From: a virus
Lineage: Duplodnaviria > Caudoviricetes
DNA: 28,254 nt
Direction: 5' to 3' (one strand)
IMG/VR virus record: IMGVR_UViG_3300031460_000007
Span: 1 to 28,254 of that record
This document shows positions 16,550 to 24,512 of the stretch, piece by piece; within the stretch, counting starts at the first letter, position 1, and each line of letters starts with the position of its first letter. The notes beneath the pieces were generated by a model. That model ran no database searches. It was given only the letters and a program-made list of their open reading frames with translations, and was not told where the DNA came from. Both the position numbers and the translations under genes were made by a program.

Positions 16550-17407
16550 ATGCCCCGCAAGTATACGCCGCCCGCGCCCCGCTGCTGCGAGCAATGCGGC
16601 CAAGCCTTCACCCCGAAGCGCAACCGTCACGACCAAGCCCCGCAACGCTTTTGCAGCCGTGCTTGTCGCGGTGCCAGCCAACGACGCACCGTCACTGCGG
16701 TGTGCGCCAGTTGCGGGGTGGATTTCGTCCCCGTCACCAGCGAGCGCGCCCGTGGCGGCGGTCTGTACTGCGGCACCGCGTGTTACCACACCGCCCAACG
16801 CACTACCATCGAACTGACGTGCGCCCACTGCGAACGGGTATTCACCCGCACACCCTCGACGGTCGGGCGATTTTGCTCCCATACGTGCTACAACCTGTCG
16901 CGGAAGGTTGCGCTCGTTTGCCCGCGCTGTGGCGAGACGTTCTACCGCAAGGCAAGCCAGACGGGAACGGCCCGGTATTGCTCCCGTGCGTGCAAGGAGC
17001 GCGAAACGCCCGCCGAGACGGCGGCGCGCTTCTGGTCCCAAGTGGACAAGTCGGGCGAATGCTGGCTGTGGAAAGGCAGTGTGATCCACTCCGGCTACGG
17101 ACGATTTACCGCAGACGGCAAGCAGACCTCCGCGCACCGTTGGTCGTACCAACACGCCTATGGCCCGTTGGCTGAAGGCCTGCTCGCCTGCCACAGTTGT
17201 GACACTCCCCGCTGCGTCAACCCTGCCCATCTGTTCCCCGGCACTCATGCCACCAACACCGACGATATGGTCAGGAAGGAACGCAACGTGCGCGGTAGCC
17301 TCTGCCACACGGCGAAGTTGCGCGTTGCAGACGTTCACGCTATTCGTGGCGCTTACGCACGCGGCGAACGCACCCAACGTCAACTCGCCACCCATTACGG
17401 GGTGTGA
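16550..17407 (+). CDS. Free-standing HNH endonuclease with four N-terminal Cys4 zinc-finger repeats, antisense to the operon; C-terminal HTH cut by a TGA (frame continues to 17458)
   Basis: CxxC...(F/Y)C(S/G)xxC x4; RFWSQVDKSGECWLW...GYG...AHRWSY...HSCDTPRCVNPAHL...N; AGGAG SD before ATG 16550. Confidence 0.9.
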   Translation: MPRKYTPPAPRCCEQCGQAFTPKRNRHDQAPQRFCSRACRGASQRRTVTAVCASCGVDFVPVTSERARGGGLYCGTACYHTAQRTTIELTCAHCERVFTRTPSTVGRFCSHTCYNLSRKVALVCPRCGETFYRKASQTGTARYCSRACKERETPAETAARFWSQVDKSGECWLWKGSVIHSGYGRFTADGKQTSAHRWSYQHAYGPLAEGLLACHSCDTPRCVNPAHLFPGTHATNTDDMVRKERNVRGSLCHTAKLRVADVHAIRGAYARGERTQRQLATHYGV

Positions 17408-17454
17408 CCTGAACTGATCGGGCGTGTTGTCCGGCGCGAAACTTGGCGTCACGT

Positions 17455-17793
17455 TTAGTTACCCCCTGTCTGTGGTAGCGCGACCGGGGCCACGGGCGGC
17501 ACATACGGCACCGCCTCGGCGGGCGGGGCCGGTGGCACGACGATCTGCCCGGTCTGCGGATCGACCGCCGCGACCGGGATGCTCTGCTGCGCCTCGGCGA
17601 TCGGCTCGGCGGCCTTGCCGACCGCCTGCCAGTCCGCCTGCAACGTCAACGCGGCGGCCAGGTCGAGCGGTACTTCGATGACGCCGTTCTGCGGCACCTC
17701 GCCCGGCAAGCCCAATTCTTCGAGCGCGGGGATGAATACCCCGTCCTGGAACGGCCCGACATAGCGGATGCGGGCCTTTGTCTCATCGGCCAT
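17455..17793 (-). CDS. Hypothetical Pro-rich protein preceding the tail tube, 112 aa
   Basis: AAGGAGG SD; IRYVGP...GV.IP pattern; synteny. Confidence 0.7.
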   Translation of the reverse strand: MADETKARIRYVGPFQDGVFIPALEELGLPGEVPQNGVIEVPLDLAAALTLQADWQAVGKAAEPIAEAQQSIPVAAVDPQTGQIVVPPAPPAEAVPYVPPVAPVALPQTGGN

Positions 17794-17803
17794 CGTCTCC
17801 TCC

Positions 17804-18277
17804 TTAGCTCGTGAGTTCGGTGTACACGTCGATCCTGATCTCCAGCGTGGCCCACCTGCCGTTATCGGTCATGCCCTGCGTCAGATTGGCGCTCGCCAGT
17901 TGCGTGCGGTAGACCGAACGCTGCATCGTGTAATTCGTCCGTAGCTCGTCCTCCACGACCGCCAGGATCGCGTAGGCCCGCTGGCGCGCGGCGTCCGCGA
18001 CCGCCTCGGAGCCATCCGCGAGGTCCGCGCCCGCCTGCAGGATGAAGATGCCGCCCCGGATGGTGTACTGCTCGGTGCGCCGCCGGTTGCCGAGCGCGCC
18101 CCACGCCTGCGTGTCGTCGCTCCCGTATAGCTCCACCATCTCGAGCGGCAGCGGATCGCCCGCCGGGGCGGCGAACGCCAGCACGGTCGCGGTCGTCGGA
18201 TTGCCCGCCAGTCGGACATTCAGCCGATCGCGCAGCGTCGCCATGAACGCCGGGACGGTGCTGGTCGTCGTTGCCAT
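17804..18277 (-). CDS. Tail terminator-like protein, 157 aa
   Basis: Size and position; RAYAILAVVEDELR helix followed by terminal beta strands. Confidence 0.65.
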   Translation of the reverse strand: MATTTSTVPAFMATLRDRLNVRLAGNPTTATVLAFAAPAGDPLPLEMVELYGSDDTQAWGALGNRRRTEQYTIRGGIFILQAGADLADGSEAVADAARQRAYAILAVVEDELRTNYTMQRSVYRTQLASANLTQGMTDNGRWATLEIRIDVYTELTS

Positions 18278-19158
18278 CAGGCGATCCCCACGGTCGATTC
18301 CATGTAATCGGAGAGCACCGCGTCGACGTTGGGTATCCCGAACCAGCTATTCCGGCCCATGCCGGGGGTCGCCATGCGGAACGTGCCCGCCCCGCTCGGA
18401 TCGGACCAGCTCGTCGTGCGCTCGCTGATGTTGGTCAGCACCAGTTGGTTGACAACCGCGATCAGCGCCGCGCGCCGGATCGGTTCGGGCGGTTGCGCGT
18501 AGCCGTACTCGTAGCCGACCTGCACGGTGAGGCTCGGCAGGCGTAACTCGCTGTACAGGCTGGTGCCGTAATACATGCTGCCGCGCGTGACGATCCCCGT
18601 GGCGAGGTCGCTGTCGAGCGCGGCCAGTTGGGCGGCGCTGTACGGGACGTAGGCCGACGCGCCCGGTGCGCGCGTGGCGATCGAGCGGATCGCCGTGATC
18701 GGCTGGTCGGGCAATTGGAACTCGAACCAGTCCGCGCCCGAGATGGCGCGGAAGCGGTAGCGCGGGACGAACGAGACTTTGCAGATACGCTCGAACCGCT
18801 CGGTGATCAGCGTCCGCGCCGCGAGGATCGCCGCGTCGGGGAAGTTGGTCGCGTTGGCAAGCTGCCGCTTGTCGAACGCCCGCGCGTCCGCGACCTCGAA
18901 GAGGGTCGCCCCGACGAGCTCCACCCGCGCGCTCAGAGTGCCGAGCGATTGCGAGGTGAACACGCCGACCAGGGTGTTCAGTTGCGCCGTGTCGAGCAGC
19001 GTCATGGCGTAGCTGGCGACGTTACCGGCGACCGTGGCGAGCGCGTTGGTGTAGACCGGGACGCCATCGAGCGTCGTCACCGTGACCGTCACCGCGCCGG
19101 GCGGGGCCGGATAGGTGACGCTGAGGGTGGCCGGGGTAGCGATCAGGCTCATCGTCAT
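18277..19158 (-). CDS. Head-tail adaptor (gp6/gp15-like) with N-terminal beta-rich extension, 293 aa
   Basis: ITERFERIC...VGYEYGYAQPPEPIRRAAL...VDAVLSDY motif. Confidence 0.75.
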   Translation of the reverse strand: MTMSLIATPATLSVTYPAPPGAVTVTVTTLDGVPVYTNALATVAGNVASYAMTLLDTAQLNTLVGVFTSQSLGTLSARVELVGATLFEVADARAFDKRQLANATNFPDAAILAARTLITERFERICKVSFVPRYRFRAISGADWFEFQLPDQPITAIRSIATRAPGASAYVPYSAAQLAALDSDLATGIVTRGSMYYGTSLYSELRLPSLTVQVGYEYGYAQPPEPIRRAALIAVVNQLVLTNISERTTSWSDPSGAGTFRMATPGMGRNSWFGIPNVDAVLSDYMESTVGIA

Positions 19159-19361
19159 CCGCGCCGCTCCGTGCGTGCGCTGACGGCGGCGGTATCCACG
19201 ACCGCGCCGCCAGTCGCCCGCTTGACGACGCGCGCGGGCGTGTCCGCATACTCGGCGCGACCGACCGCGACGAGCGCCCGCGCCTCCTCAGCGGTGGCCT
19301 CGCGTACCGCGCCCGGTACGTCCGTCGTCCCCGCCTGTCGCGCCAGTATGCGGATCAGCAT
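19155..19361 (-). CDS. Small conserved-type post-capsid protein, 68 aa
   Basis: PGAVRE...EEARALVAVGRAEY pattern; GGAGG SD. Confidence 0.7.
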   Translation of the reverse strand: MLIRILARQAGTTDVPGAVREATAEEARALVAVGRAEYADTPARVVKRATGGAVVDTAAVSARTERRG

Positions 19362-19374
19362 CCTCGTACCCTCC

Positions 19375-19803
19375 TTAGACCGGGCGATCGTTCGGGGTGT
19401 TGACCGCCGCCTCGTTCACGGCCTGCTGCTGCTCGATCGGCGGGGCGACCGGCGCGACCGGCACCTCGACGTGGGTGATGTTCTGCTTGGCGGCGGCGTC
19501 ATACGCGGCCTGATACGCCTTCGCGGCCTCGGCGCGGGCCTGCTCGCGCAGGTGGGAGACGCCGCCCGGTGCCGCCGCCTGGGCGACGAGCGCGGCGGCG
19601 GCACCATCGCGCGCCCCGGCGGCGGTCGCGTCCGCGACGACGCGGGCGTTGGCGACCTCCTCGGCGAACTGGTTGGGGAACGTGTCGAATCCCTGATGGC
19701 TCACCTGCTCCACGATCGTCTGCGACGCGGTCACCGCGTCTACCGGGGTATTGACCACTTCCAGCACACCGTCCGGGTTCTGTGGGGTGTCGTTGCGTGC
19801 CAT
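19375..19803 (-). CDS. Hypothetical Ala-rich protein, 142 aa
   Basis: GGAGG SD, strong GC3 bias, follows the capsid gene. Confidence 0.7.
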   Translation of the reverse strand: MARNDTPQNPDGVLEVVNTPVDAVTASQTIVEQVSHQGFDTFPNQFAEEVANARVVADATAAGARDGAAAALVAQAAAPGGVSHLREQARAEAAKAYQAAYDAAAKQNITHVEVPVAPVAPPIEQQQAVNEAAVNTPNDRPV

Positions 19804-19826
19804 CTGCTCTGTCCTCCGTGTTAGGT

Positions 19827-19853
19827 GCCGCGCGGGACCATTCCCCGCGCGGC
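19827..19853 (-). terminator. Hairpin after the major capsid gene (terminator or mRNA stabiliser)
   Basis: gccgcgcggga-ccat-tccccgcgcggc; no U-tract. Confidence 0.5.
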
Positions 19854-19884
19854 GACTCGTGTTACCAGTCGTGTATTACGCTAA

Positions 19885-21168
19885 CTACGTGGCCGAGTTG
19901 GCATAGTAAACTATCGGGTTGGTGCCCGCGTTTACTAGCGTACCGTCGAGCCGTTCAAAGACAAAAAACCCTGTTTGGAGGTAATCAGCGTAGCGCTCCT
20001 CGAGCCGGATCAGCGTGTTGTCCTTCACGCTGCGAATCCAGTAGTTGGAGAAGTCGCCGTAGAGGATGCTCTTCGCGCTCGCGGTCATCACCGGCATGTC
20101 CTGGTTGATGGTGTAGGGCGCGTTGAGGATGCTCGGCGGCATCCCGCCGATGTTCTGCCCGAGGTCGTAGCCGGGGTTCCACAGCGGGCGGCCCTGGCCG
20201 TCGAGCAGCGCCCGGATCGCGCGCAGCGTCGAGTCGTGGAACATCCACTCCGCGCCGTCGCGGTAGGCCGGATCGACCGCGTGCTGCATGGCCAGGAGGT
20301 TGAGGTACGAGATCGCGGTCGTGTTGCCCACCGCTGCGGTGACGCCCGCCGTGGCCCCGGTGAGGATGCCCTGCGGCTGGCCCGCGCCCGTGCCGCTGGT
20401 CAGGTAGGTGTTCTCCACGCGCCCGAGGCGCTCGCCCGCGATCGAGGCGATGAACGCGGGCAGGTCGAAGTAGCTGTCCTGCAACATCTGCCAGGAGATC
20501 AGGATCAGCTTCGAGGTGAAGGTGTAGGCGTTGAGGGTCTTCGTGGTGAAGACCGGCTCCTGCTCGGTGATCTGGGTGTTCTCCGTGAGTAGCGCGCCCG
20601 CGTTCCCGGTGTCGTTGACCATCGGGATCGGCAGGGGGTTGCCGGTGTCGGTGTTGAACTTGCGCGTCCCGGCCTTGAGCATCCCGCCGTATTGCAGGCG
20701 GGCGCGGGTCAAGATGTCCGCGAACCCTTGCGGGATCAGATAGCCGCCGACCGCGCCAGCGGTGGTACCGAGCGCGGCGCGCTCCTCAATCCGCATCCCC
20801 CGATCGAGCACCATCCGCTGCTCGCGCTCGATGCCGGTCTTGCCGTTGCGGACGTAGCCCCAGAACGCCGCGTCGTACTCCTCCTGGGAGGGCACGACGC
20901 GCGTGTTGCGCCCGGTGACGAGATCGCCACCCGGCAGCATCCGCACGTCCCGATCGACGATCGACAGCTCGCTCTTGCGGTCGGCGTGGCGCTTGACGCG
21001 CTCCAATTCGGCGGTCTTGGCGTCGAGATCGGCTTCCAGTGTGTCGTACCGCTGCGCCTCCTCGGCGGTGAGGCTGCGCTGCCCGTCCGCGCGGGCACCT
21101 TCGAGGATGCCCGTCATGTCCTTCCATGTCACCTGTCGCTGCTCGGCCAGTCGTTTCAGTTCTTCCAC
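19885..21168 (-). CDS. Major capsid protein, HK97 fold with N-terminal delta domain, 427 aa
   Basis: N-terminal coiled coil, GGYLIP, ISWQMLQDS, GTGAGQPQGIL, GRPLW, YGDFSNYWI, ERLDG. Confidence 0.95.
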   Translation of the reverse strand: MEELKRLAEQRQVTWKDMTGILEGARADGQRSLTAEEAQRYDTLEADLDAKTAELERVKRHADRKSELSIVDRDVRMLPGGDLVTGRNTRVVPSQEEYDAAFWGYVRNGKTGIEREQRMVLDRGMRIEERAALGTTAGAVGGYLIPQGFADILTRARLQYGGMLKAGTRKFNTDTGNPLPIPMVNDTGNAGALLTENTQITEQEPVFTTKTLNAYTFTSKLILISWQMLQDSYFDLPAFIASIAGERLGRVENTYLTSGTGAGQPQGILTGATAGVTAAVGNTTAISYLNLLAMQHAVDPAYRDGAEWMFHDSTLRAIRALLDGQGRPLWNPGYDLGQNIGGMPPSILNAPYTINQDMPVMTASAKSILYGDFSNYWIRSVKDNTLIRLEERYADYLQTGFFVFERLDGTLVNAGTNPIVYYANSAT

Positions 21169-21174
21169 GGTGTC

Positions 21175-21268
21175 ATGCTCCTAGTGCGTAGTGCCGCGCG
21201 TTCATCGCGTGGCGGCGGGTCAACAGATCCAGCGCGTACCCGTCCGAGTGGCTTGTCACCGGCTCGGC
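21175..21268 (-). pseudogene. Probable decayed original 3' end of the prohead protease gene
   Basis: Starts with a 13-bp copy of protease sequence; reads AEPVTSHSDGT then, after a 1-nt shift, LDLLTRRHAMNARHYALGA*. Confidence 0.45.
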
Positions 21269-21951
21269 TCTGCATCGGAGTGTGGTTCACACGGCTCCGG
21301 TGTGGGCGTTAGTAGTAGTCGTAGTTGTGCGGGGATGCGGCCTGCGCCGCGCGACAGGTTGCAGGAAGCATGGGCAACAGCGAGATTATTCGCGGTGTGA
21401 TCGCCGCCCTTGCTCACCGGTACGAGATGGTCAAGATGGATGGCTTTCGGGTCAAGTACCCGCTTGCCGCAAATGTGGCAAATCGCCCTGTCCCGCGCGA
21501 TGACTGCTGCCCGGTCAACCTTATCGACTCGCGCAGCGGCCATCTTGCGCGCGCGGTATTGCCCACTAAAGTCGAGGTTCTTCGCGGGGTTCGCCTGTCG
21601 CCATAGACGCTGGTATGCGCGGCGTTCTGCGCGATACGTATCGAGATGAGCAAGCCGACGCGCGCGCGCCTTTGCGCCGAGTTCCGCGCGATAGGTGGCA
21701 TCTTCGTGGTACCGCCGTAGCATTCGCGCCTTGGTCGCGGCGGCATACTGCTTCTTGCGCTCCCGCTCCCGGTCGAGGTTCGCGGCGGCAAATGTCCGCT
21801 TCGCGTGGTCCCGGCAGGACTTGCAACGCGAGTCATAGCCATCGGGCCGCCCGCAATTGCGCGGGAACTCTGCCAGCGACTTGGTTTGCACGCACGCTGT
21901 GCAACGTTTCGTGGTGGGCAAGGTGGGGGCGTGTTGGGTATGATGGTCCAT
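21256..21951 (-). CDS. Free-standing HNH endonuclease with N-terminal zinc finger, 231 aa (frame open to ATG 22062)
   Basis: KRCTAC...EF...DG...CKSC; RDRAICHICG...HLDHLVPVSKGGDHTANNLAVAHASCNLSRG; AGGAGGT SD before ATG 21951. Confidence 0.9.
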   Translation of the reverse strand: MDHHTQHAPTLPTTKRCTACVQTKSLAEFPRNCGRPDGYDSRCKSCRDHAKRTFAAANLDRERERKKQYAAATKARMLRRYHEDATYRAELGAKARARRLAHLDTYRAERRAYQRLWRQANPAKNLDFSGQYRARKMAAARVDKVDRAAVIARDRAICHICGKRVLDPKAIHLDHLVPVSKGGDHTANNLAVAHASCNLSRGAGRIPAQLRLLLTPTPEPCEPHSDAEPSR

Positions 21952-22054
21952 GCCGTACCTCCTGAATAGGTCGGTCGCGCCGGAGGCTGTTTGCAGCAGC
22001 GCTCCGGCACATCTCTGTTCGCCCAAGTATATCATTTTTGGCGTCCCAATGCCA
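21952..22054 (-). promoter_or_regulatory. HNH promoter and structured 5' leader, copy B
   Basis: TGGCAT (22054-49), 17 nt, TATACT with TG extension (22034-26), hairpin 22008-21979, GCGAC, SD-covering stem. Confidence 0.75.
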
Positions 22055-22064
22055 TAAATCATGG

Positions 22065-22886
22065 TTACGCGACCCCCGCAAGATGGACCGGAAGGTCGTA
22101 TTTCACCGCGCCGAGCCGGTACTGACGAGCGGCGGTGCCAAAGTCCCTGCTGCCCTTACTCACCGGCTCGGCGCGGCTTACAAGTTCGGCCAGCGCTGTA
22201 TGGGCGGCTCGCAGCGCGGGCAGGAGGGCTTCATCGGGGGTGGTCGAGGTGGTGAGGGCGCGCACCAACTGACCGCGCTGCTCCTCGGGGAGATCGAGCA
22301 GGCCGAACGCATGGAGGAAGGACCGCGCCTCGCGCGAGCGCAGGCCGATGTCCGTCTCCGCGTAGGCGGGCGTGCTCACGGCGGCCACGTCGTACAGGTT
22401 CACCTCGCGCAGGGTGCGGATCGGCGTCCCCTCGTCCGTCTCGTCCCAGTCGTCCTTGACGGCCTGGAAGGCGAACGACATCTGCGAGATGTTGCCCGCT
22501 TGCATGTTGGTGGCGAGGTCGCGGGCGTAGGTCGTGGGGGCCATCCGCGCGTCGATCAGCAACCCGTCGCCATCGTCGGAGAGGGTGAGGTTCCCGGCGG
22601 CGGTGCGCGCCAGGATGTAGGTGTCGTTGTGATCAATATTGAACGTGACATCGCCACCGTCGCGCAGCGTCTTGGTGAACGCACCGGGCGCGATGACCTC
22701 AATGAAACGCCCCTCCCACAAGTCTTGGAGCGGCTGCGAGCGCACGTCGTAGAGCGCGGCGTGCCCCTGGACCGGGATCGCGCCATCCGCACCCGCCGCG
22801 CGGACTTCGAGGCCCACGGTCGCGGTGCGACGCACCACCTGGGCGCGATTGGCCGCGCGTCGCGCCTGATCGATCAGCGTGCTCAT
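22065..22886 (-). CDS. HK97-type prohead maturation protease, 273 aa
   Basis: GHAALYD, EVIAPGAF, DHND..ILART, QMSFAF, LYDVAAVSTPAYAET. Confidence 0.93.
   Translation of the reverse strand: MSTLIDQARRAANRAQVVRRTATVGLEVRAAGADGAIPVQGHAALYDVRSQPLQDLWEGRFIEVIAPGAFTKTLRDGGDVTFNIDHNDTYILARTAAGNLTLSDDGDGLLIDARMAPTTYARDLATNMQAGNISQMSFAFQAVKDDWDETDEGTPIRTLREVNLYDVAAVSTPAYAETDIGLRSREARSFLHAFGLLDLPEEQRGQLVRALTTSTTPDEALLPALRAAHTALAELVSRAEPVSKGSRDFGTAARQYRLGAVKYDLPVHLAGVA
22106..22176. repeat. Perfect 15-bp inverted repeat with 41-nt spacer inside the protease 3' end
   Basis: ccgcgccgagccggt (22106-20) / accggctcggcgcgg (22162-76). Confidence 0.85.
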
Positions 22887-23137
22887 GTGCGGTACTCCTT
22901 GCTGAAAACGGGCATCAGGTCAGGCGCGACCGCCCCATCTACTACCTCGTTGAATGTCTCCGAGTGCACGAAAAACAGCAGCACGTCGGAAACGGGGTCG
23001 TATGCGGTCCTGAGCAGCTTGGCGTCCTCTGGCATCCCCGAAATGAAGAGCGCATCGCGAAGCGTGGCATCCTGCAATGACACCAGCATCCCGATCAGGA
23101 GAACCGGACGAATACGCAAGATACGATAGCGATTCAT
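22883..23137 (-). CDS. Lower-GC hypothetical protein between portal and protease, 84 aa
   Basis: TGATG and ATGA overlaps; GMPEDAKLL...VHSETF..V.DG..AP. Confidence 0.7.
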   Translation of the reverse strand: MNRYRILRIRPVLLIGMLVSLQDATLRDALFISGMPEDAKLLRTAYDPVSDVLLFFVHSETFNEVVDGAVAPDLMPVFSKEYRT

Positions 23138-24411
23138 CAGTTCACCCCCGTATTGTCCGGAGCGGACCCATCGGCCCCGCCCTGCCCCTGGCCGCCATCG
23201 CCGCCGTTCCCGGCCGGTGTCGGCGCGGGGCCGACGTTGCTGTTCAGCGCGGCCTCGTAGTCGTCCCCGGTCGGGTCATCGATCGGGGCCAGTTGCTCGG
23301 TCGTGCGGATGTCATTCTTGCTGAGCACGCCGATCGTCCGGGCGATCTGGTAGATCTGCCAGCGCTCGATCGCCTTGCCCCGCAGCACGGAGTCGAGGTC
23401 GAACCGCGCGTACCGGTCGGCCACGGGCAGGAGGTCGTCGCTGATCGCCTGCTCGAAGCGCGACAACCACGGGCCGAGCGTGTAGGTGACGAAACCCTGC
23501 TGCTGCTCCTCGAGCCCCTTGCCCCAGGAAGTCGATTTGTCCATGATACCGAGCATGTGGGGCGGCACCCGGAAGAGCGTGGCGATCTCCGTCGCCGAGA
23601 ACTTCATCGTATCGAGGAACTGCGCGTCGCCCGGCGTGAGCCCGGTCGATTGCCAGGTCGCGCCATTGCCAAGGACGCCGACCTTGTGCATGTTCCGCGC
23701 GCCCGCGTGGAGCTTCTGCCAGCGCCGCCCCAGTTCGCTCGCCTGCTGGTCGCTGATCTCCTCCTTGGTCGAGAGGAAACCGGGGACGTGCGACCCCTGC
23801 GCGTAGAAACTCGCCGCGCCCTGCTCCGCGCCCATGCCGATACCGAGCGACTCTTTCGCCTGGGCGATCGGCGATAACCCTTTCAGTCCGTCCACGCCCC
23901 ACGCCGGGATATGGCAGATGTCGGCGGTGGTGAACGTCTCCCGCCCGATGTCGAACACTTTGGCCCCGCTGCGCTCGTCGCGCCGGATCGTCACCTGCTG
24001 CGGGTTGATCGGCCAGAGTTCGGCGAGCGCGCCCGACCGATCGCGCAGCTTGTGGATGTAGGCGTTCCCGTCGAGCAGGCAGTGACCGGCGAGGAGTTCC
24101 CAGAACACCTGCCGGGTCATCTCCGGGTTCGGCTTGCCCCAGATCAGGCGGTCGGCAGGCTGGTGCAACTCCTCGCGGAAATTGCCGCGCCGGTAGACCT
24201 GCAACGGCAACGCGCCGATCCCCTCGGCGATGATCCGCACGCAGGTATAGACCGTGACGTTGCGGAGCGCGGTCGCCTGATTGACGAGCAGGCCGCTATT
24301 GGCGGGGAGTCCCGAATCCGTGCCAAGCACGAGGGCGGCATAGGCATCCGCGCTCGGATTGTTCAGCGAGGATCCCGCGCGGCGCTCCATCATGCGCGTC
24401 AGCACCGTCAT
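23137..24411 (-). CDS. Portal protein, HK97 family, 424 aa
   Basis: VYTCVRIIAE, PNPEMT, GNAY, GLSPI, DAQFL, IATLFRVPPHMLG, NDIRTTE; start MTVLTR at 24411 after GGAG. Confidence 0.95.
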   Translation of the reverse strand: MTVLTRMMERRAGSSLNNPSADAYAALVLGTDSGLPANSGLLVNQATALRNVTVYTCVRIIAEGIGALPLQVYRRGNFREELHQPADRLIWGKPNPEMTRQVFWELLAGHCLLDGNAYIHKLRDRSGALAELWPINPQQVTIRRDERSGAKVFDIGRETFTTADICHIPAWGVDGLKGLSPIAQAKESLGIGMGAEQGAASFYAQGSHVPGFLSTKEEISDQQASELGRRWQKLHAGARNMHKVGVLGNGATWQSTGLTPGDAQFLDTMKFSATEIATLFRVPPHMLGIMDKSTSWGKGLEEQQQGFVTYTLGPWLSRFEQAISDDLLPVADRYARFDLDSVLRGKAIERWQIYQIARTIGVLSKNDIRTTEQLAPIDDPTGDDYEAALNSNVGPAPTPAGNGGDGGQGQGGADGSAPDNTGVN

Positions 24412-24512
24412 CGGCCCATCTCCGGACAAAAGTTTGGGCAAAAATAGGGCAATAAAGTGTCCGCCGCGCCGCCTGCGCCGGGGATATACTGGCACGGTAG
24501 GAAGGAGGAGCG

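Noticed and set aside
17405-17407. Genome-wide TGA recoding or selenocysteine
   Set aside because: TGA is the normal stop in many ATGA/GTGA overlaps; this is the only internal case seen
21975-21996. Resemblance of gcaaacagcctccggc to the c-di-GMP-I riboswitch
   Set aside because: The GNRA-capped first stem and two-stem architecture are missing, and the second copy does not keep this sequence
21256-22172. Group I intron carrying the HNH
   Set aside because: Too little non-coding sequence for a ribozyme core and no recognisable P7 elements; the protease has its own stop
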